Source of the DNA: Calditrichia bacterium
GTDB taxonomy: Bacteria > Calditrichota > Calditrichia > RBG-13-44-9 > J075
Length of the DNA: 64,000 nt
Direction: 5' to 3'
Assembly: GCA_050633245.1 (NCBI GenBank)
Contig: JBOEGD010000007.1
Location: forward strand, 320,640-384,639
Shown: one piece after another, positions 60,538 to 64,000 of the stretch
Position numbering within the stretch: position 1 is the first letter of the stretch
How the letters are laid out: every line of letters begins with the position of its first letter
The notes under the pieces: model-generated
What the model saw: only the letters and a program-made list of their open reading frames with translations
Database searches by the model: none
What the model was told of the DNA's origin: nothing
Translations under genes and position numbers: made by a program

Positions 60538-61290
60538 CTACTTCACGCTGTTCAGTTTCCAGTCATACCCTCGGTATTCAATTTTACGGGAATCATCCAG
60601 AACAGCTTCACGCTTGTCTTCAGAAACGTACTTTGCCAAATAGGCTCGCACCGAACCAGAGGTTTCCTTAAAGTCATCCTTAAACCAATCGAACAGCTTT
60701 GTCAGCTCAAGCTTATTGTCGCTGATCTTTACCCAACGCGTATCGTTTAAGGCAGCCTTGCTGGCGGCATCGAGCTGAGCATCCAGCGTCTCGGCCACAT
60801 AAGCGCGATTGGCCAATGGCGGACAACCAACAGAAGCACAGTTGACAGCAAAGTGAAGACGGGCATCCTTATACGTGGGACGAAGTATATCGTGTTCAAT
60901 ATTATCCAGCGTCAGTTCCTTACCGGCAACGGTCACGACTTTTCTCTTCCAGGGAGACTTAAAAATCCCGCCAATATCTTTGATGCTTTTTAACGGATAA
61001 TTTTGAATCACCAGCTCAAGCGTTGCAGCATTGTATAAATTTATCCAGTATGCGAAGGCCTCATTGCGGCTCATATTATCAGGCTTTAAGCCTTCAAGTT
61101 TGTTCACATACGCACTAAGAGCATCCATATCAGCTTTGTTCTTTGACAATGCGGCGTAATCAAAGCTATTCCCTTTTACATACGTTTGTAGCAGGACGTC
61201 GTAATCAGCGTGTAAATCGCCTGAACTCCCTGCAAAGGATGGCATGACAAGGCCAATTGCGACAAGCAGGGAAATCAATATGTTCTTCAT
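60538..61290 (-). CDS. DUF547 domain exported protein
   Basis: AYWINLYNA.T, LDNIEH..LR, D.R.HFAVNCAS.GCP.L, YDW.LN; start refined to MKNILIS. Confidence 0.85.
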   Translation of the reverse strand: MKNILISLLVAIGLVMPSFAGSSGDLHADYDVLLQTYVKGNSFDYAALSKNKADMDALSAYVNKLEGLKPDNMSRNEAFAYWINLYNAATLELVIQNYPLKSIKDIGGIFKSPWKRKVVTVAGKELTLDNIEHDILRPTYKDARLHFAVNCASVGCPPLANRAYVAETLDAQLDAASKAALNDTRWVKISDNKLELTKLFDWFKDDFKETSGSVRAYLAKYVSEDKREAVLDDSRKIEYRGYDWKLNSVK

Positions 61291-61461
61291 TCGGTATTCT
61301 CTCGTTAAATTGTTCATTCTGAACCTCAATAATTTTATGACCAACTCGCTTTTTCGTTTCATTCAAAATAACATTTATAATAAACGTAATTTTCTATTTT
61401 GGTGCATAACAAAACAATCACGAATGTGTCAAATCATAATGCGGCCCGGGTTTCATGGTTA

Positions 61462-61558
61462 AAAACGTGAAGAGTGAAAAGTGAAAAAAGGCAATGAGGC
61501 ATTAGTTAATTTTCCATTCACCGTTCACCGTTCGCCGTTCACCGTTCAACGTTCAACG
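61462..61558 (+). repeat. Composite heptamer/octamer repeat tract (AAGTGAA-like, AGGCAATG, TTCACCG x6 degenerate)
   Basis: Read directly; overlaps the 3' end of the GT-C gene. Confidence 0.75.
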
Positions 61559-63000
61559 ATTACCGTTTTCACACAACCCAGCTCTACTTCGCCGTCGGTA
61601 AAGGGATGGGAAATTTTTCCTAATGCTTCAAACCCTTCCTGCCTGCCGGTTAATTTTTTCAGCGATGCCTGACTTCCCACCAGTGCTGCACCATCGGGAA
61701 TTATCAGCTTTCCTTCACTTGAATACTGCATATGCTGATAGAACAGTTTGTCACCGGGAATTATAAGTTTTATGTCTCTGCGACCCCATACAAAAAGTAA
61801 CTGTGCTGCAAGGCCGTAATCATCGCAAACCAGCCAGCGCTTTTTATCGATATCAATTTTGCCTTTAATCTCTGCTGCGAAGTCTGCGTAGCTACGATAC
61901 TCCTTTACCCGTTCGCTCCAGCTCCGCGTTGGTGATACACGGGTTTCACGGGTTCCGGCCTGCAAACTATACGTCTTCGCCAAAGCGGGTAACTTCTGCT
62001 CCAGCTGCTGCATTTTAACCGGAAAGGCGAAAAAGAGAATCAAAACTGCGCTTATTATAGCGCTGAGTGCGAGACCAAGCCAGAATTGCTTACGATAAAA
62101 TATTTGCCGGGGCCACATAAGCACAATCGCCGGAAGCAGCCAATTCCCCTTGACCTGATGTGTGACAATCATGGCAAATCCAAAAGCTAAAACCACAGAA
62201 AATGTAATAATAAGCGCAATGAGACGCTCTCTGGTGACAACAGAGTTTTTCCTTCTGAGAAGGCATTCTTTTAAACCAAAGACAAATCCCAGAATCAATG
62301 CCGGGCCACCAAGCAAAATGATTTGACCCAACTGAATCGAAATTGCATGCAGAAAGCCAATATTGGAATCCATTTTACCAAATTCAGATATTGCCATCAG
62401 CAGATCCAAACTCAGTTGCAAAGCAATTGGTAGAATGAATACCAGCACAACAACAAGCCCAATAAAGGCATGGCGTCGATTTTCGCGATATTTCCAGAAG
62501 ATGAGTATAGCAGCGGCGGGTAGTAATACCAGCCCGGAGAGCTTTGCCCAAAAGGCCAGCCCGACAAAGAGGCATGCGCTAACAAAATGATCGCGCATTA
62601 CTGCAAGCATAAAGGCCAAAATACAAAAAAGCAACAGCATGTCGGGGTGAAGAATACTGCCGGAATAAATTAACCATGGACTAAGCGCCAATGCAAGGAC
62701 ACCAACATATCGACTTTCATCCGAAACACCACTGCGCTTCAAAAACATATCAAAAAGCACGATGCATACGGTAGACATAGCAATCGACGTCATGCGCAGC
62801 TGTAGCAAATCGGGAAGCGGAATGATGTGAAACAGCCGTACAAAAATTTGCAATAACGGTGAATAAGCGGCTTCAGGATGAAATGCCCAATAGGCGTAGG
62901 TTGCCTCATCGCGGCCGGCGGCAGGCAGGGTTATTAGTGGAATTCGGGCAATCAGCGATAGAGTTAAGGCAAGCATTAAACGTAAATCTGGTATTCTCAT
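61546..63000 (-). CDS. GT-C membrane glycosyltransferase (ArnT/GT39/PMT-like)
   Basis: DEATYAYWA, PD..L, GLAFWAK, many TMs, C-terminal periplasmic domain. Confidence 0.75.
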   Translation of the reverse strand: MRIPDLRLMLALTLSLIARIPLITLPAAGRDEATYAYWAFHPEAAYSPLLQIFVRLFHIIPLPDLLQLRMTSIAMSTVCIVLFDMFLKRSGVSDESRYVGVLALALSPWLIYSGSILHPDMLLLFCILAFMLAVMRDHFVSACLFVGLAFWAKLSGLVLLPAAAILIFWKYRENRRHAFIGLVVVLVFILPIALQLSLDLLMAISEFGKMDSNIGFLHAISIQLGQIILLGGPALILGFVFGLKECLLRRKNSVVTRERLIALIITFSVVLAFGFAMIVTHQVKGNWLLPAIVLMWPRQIFYRKQFWLGLALSAIISAVLILFFAFPVKMQQLEQKLPALAKTYSLQAGTRETRVSPTRSWSERVKEYRSYADFAAEIKGKIDIDKKRWLVCDDYGLAAQLLFVWGRRDIKLIIPGDKLFYQHMQYSSEGKLIIPDGAALVGSQASLKKLTGRQEGFEALGKISHPFTDGEVELGCVKTVIVER

Positions 63001-63061
63001 ATCTCACAATCATAATCGTACGAATAGGTAAAACAATATACGGCCTCAAACTCAAATTAGA

Positions 63062-63883
63062 TTACCGCTGCTGGCAATTAGGACAATAACAGTATTTACG
63101 GCCACCCGATATCTCTTTTATTATCGTCGCGCCGCAGGTGTAGCAGGACAATCCATGGCGAACAAAAACAAAATGCCGATATTCGCGGCGCGTATAGCCT
63201 TCCGATTTTAATCTTTCTACACGCTTCAGGTCGTTTGTTATTCCTTTGGTTTGATACGACTGTCTGCTAAGATTCAGACAGGCATGAGCAAGTAGGTCAA
63301 TTTGTTGCTCACTACAGTCCTTCGGGCGCATTGAGGGGTGCACACCGGCGACAAACAGAACCTCGCTTCGCAGATAGTTTCCCAATCCAGCCAGAAATTT
63401 TTGATCCAACAAAAGCGAAAGCAGTCCACGACGAAAAAAACGTTCATCCAGAAAACGTGCTTTAACCTGCTCAAACACAACGCGCTCAGAAAGCAGGTCT
63501 GGTCCAATCCGCGAAATAAATGGATGCGCAGCAACTTCTTCATCGGGAAGCACTTCAATATCGGAAGCACTGTAGAGAAGAGCTGATTTGTCGAGGACGT
63601 GGATTGCTAACCGAAGTTGTCTATTGGTCTCGAGAGTTTCTCCACGCTTCACCACTTCCCACTTGCCATATAGCTGATTATGGCTGTAAATGTTCCAACC
63701 ATTTGAGAAGCGCGTCAGCATTGCCTTACCGTAGGTTTCGACTTGCTCTACCGTCTTACCGCAGAATAACTCCTCAAATTGCTTCAAATATTCAAATGCA
63801 AAAAACACTTCTTCTACGGACTTGCCGACAATTGCCCTGGCAATCTTGTCGGCTGCGATTCGTATTTCTGGTCCTTCGGGCAT
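63062..63883 (-). CDS. nei: Endonuclease VIII
   Basis: N-terminal PEGPE, GKAM, HNQLYG, H2TH LDQ..LAGLGNYL.SE, C4 zinc finger. Confidence 0.93.
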   Translation of the reverse strand: MPEGPEIRIAADKIARAIVGKSVEEVFFAFEYLKQFEELFCGKTVEQVETYGKAMLTRFSNGWNIYSHNQLYGKWEVVKRGETLETNRQLRLAIHVLDKSALLYSASDIEVLPDEEVAAHPFISRIGPDLLSERVVFEQVKARFLDERFFRRGLLSLLLDQKFLAGLGNYLRSEVLFVAGVHPSMRPKDCSEQQIDLLAHACLNLSRQSYQTKGITNDLKRVERLKSEGYTRREYRHFVFVRHGLSCYTCGATIIKEISGGRKYCYCPNCQQR

Positions 63884-63894
63884 AATGCACTACC

Positions 63895-64000
63895 GTTCTG
63901 TGTTCTCAAAGTGAAAGGTAAAAAGTGAAAAGTGAAAAAAGACTATTAGGCAATGGGGCAATCTCCCGTTCATTGTATTGTGTTCTGTGTTCTGTGTTCT
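63895..64000 (+). repeat. Composite intergenic repeat tract (AAGTGAA-like, GGGCAATG, TGTGTTC)
   Basis: Read directly; continues to the window edge. Confidence 0.7.

Overview
Gene-dense 64 kb bacterial chromosome segment with no prophage, integrase, transposase or CRISPR array visible. Five secreted proteins end in a FlgD-Ig/T9SS type-A-like tail (NYPNPFN..T.I.F...G.Y.Y.L), and the sdhCAB and GDH genes look FCB-type. This suggests a heterotrophic FCB-group organism, plausibly Calditrichota or a relative (inference). Core content includes ypdA-sulfurtransferase-sufE, gdh, sdhCAB, secG-tRNA-Leu, tRNA-Ser, oxyR, engB, trxA, cobB, ppc, a SAM-I-controlled metY-aspartokinase-metX operon, a GH16/GH17 beta-glucan pair, and the repair genes mrfA/mrfB, ATL and nei. 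The standout is a three-gene cluster at 36.6-39.4 kb resembling the vitamin E / plastoquinone pathway of phototrophs: a plant-type VTE3 MPBQ/MSBQ methyltransferase, a gamma-tocopherol methyltransferase and a homogentisate phytyltransferase, with no tocopherol cyclase in the window. Second is a candidate envelope-signalling cassette of lipoprotein, GAF sigma54 activator, Ser/Thr kinase-PEGA with a degenerate Gly-loop, Kelch-CTD protein and TPR/DUF5683-like protein. It has two candidate sigma54 promoters and a palindromic enhancer, and it lies between the usually adjacent mrfA and mrfB. Many intergenic regions carry 7-8 bp tandem repeats and REP-like hairpins. All family assignments come from motif recognition, not database searches.
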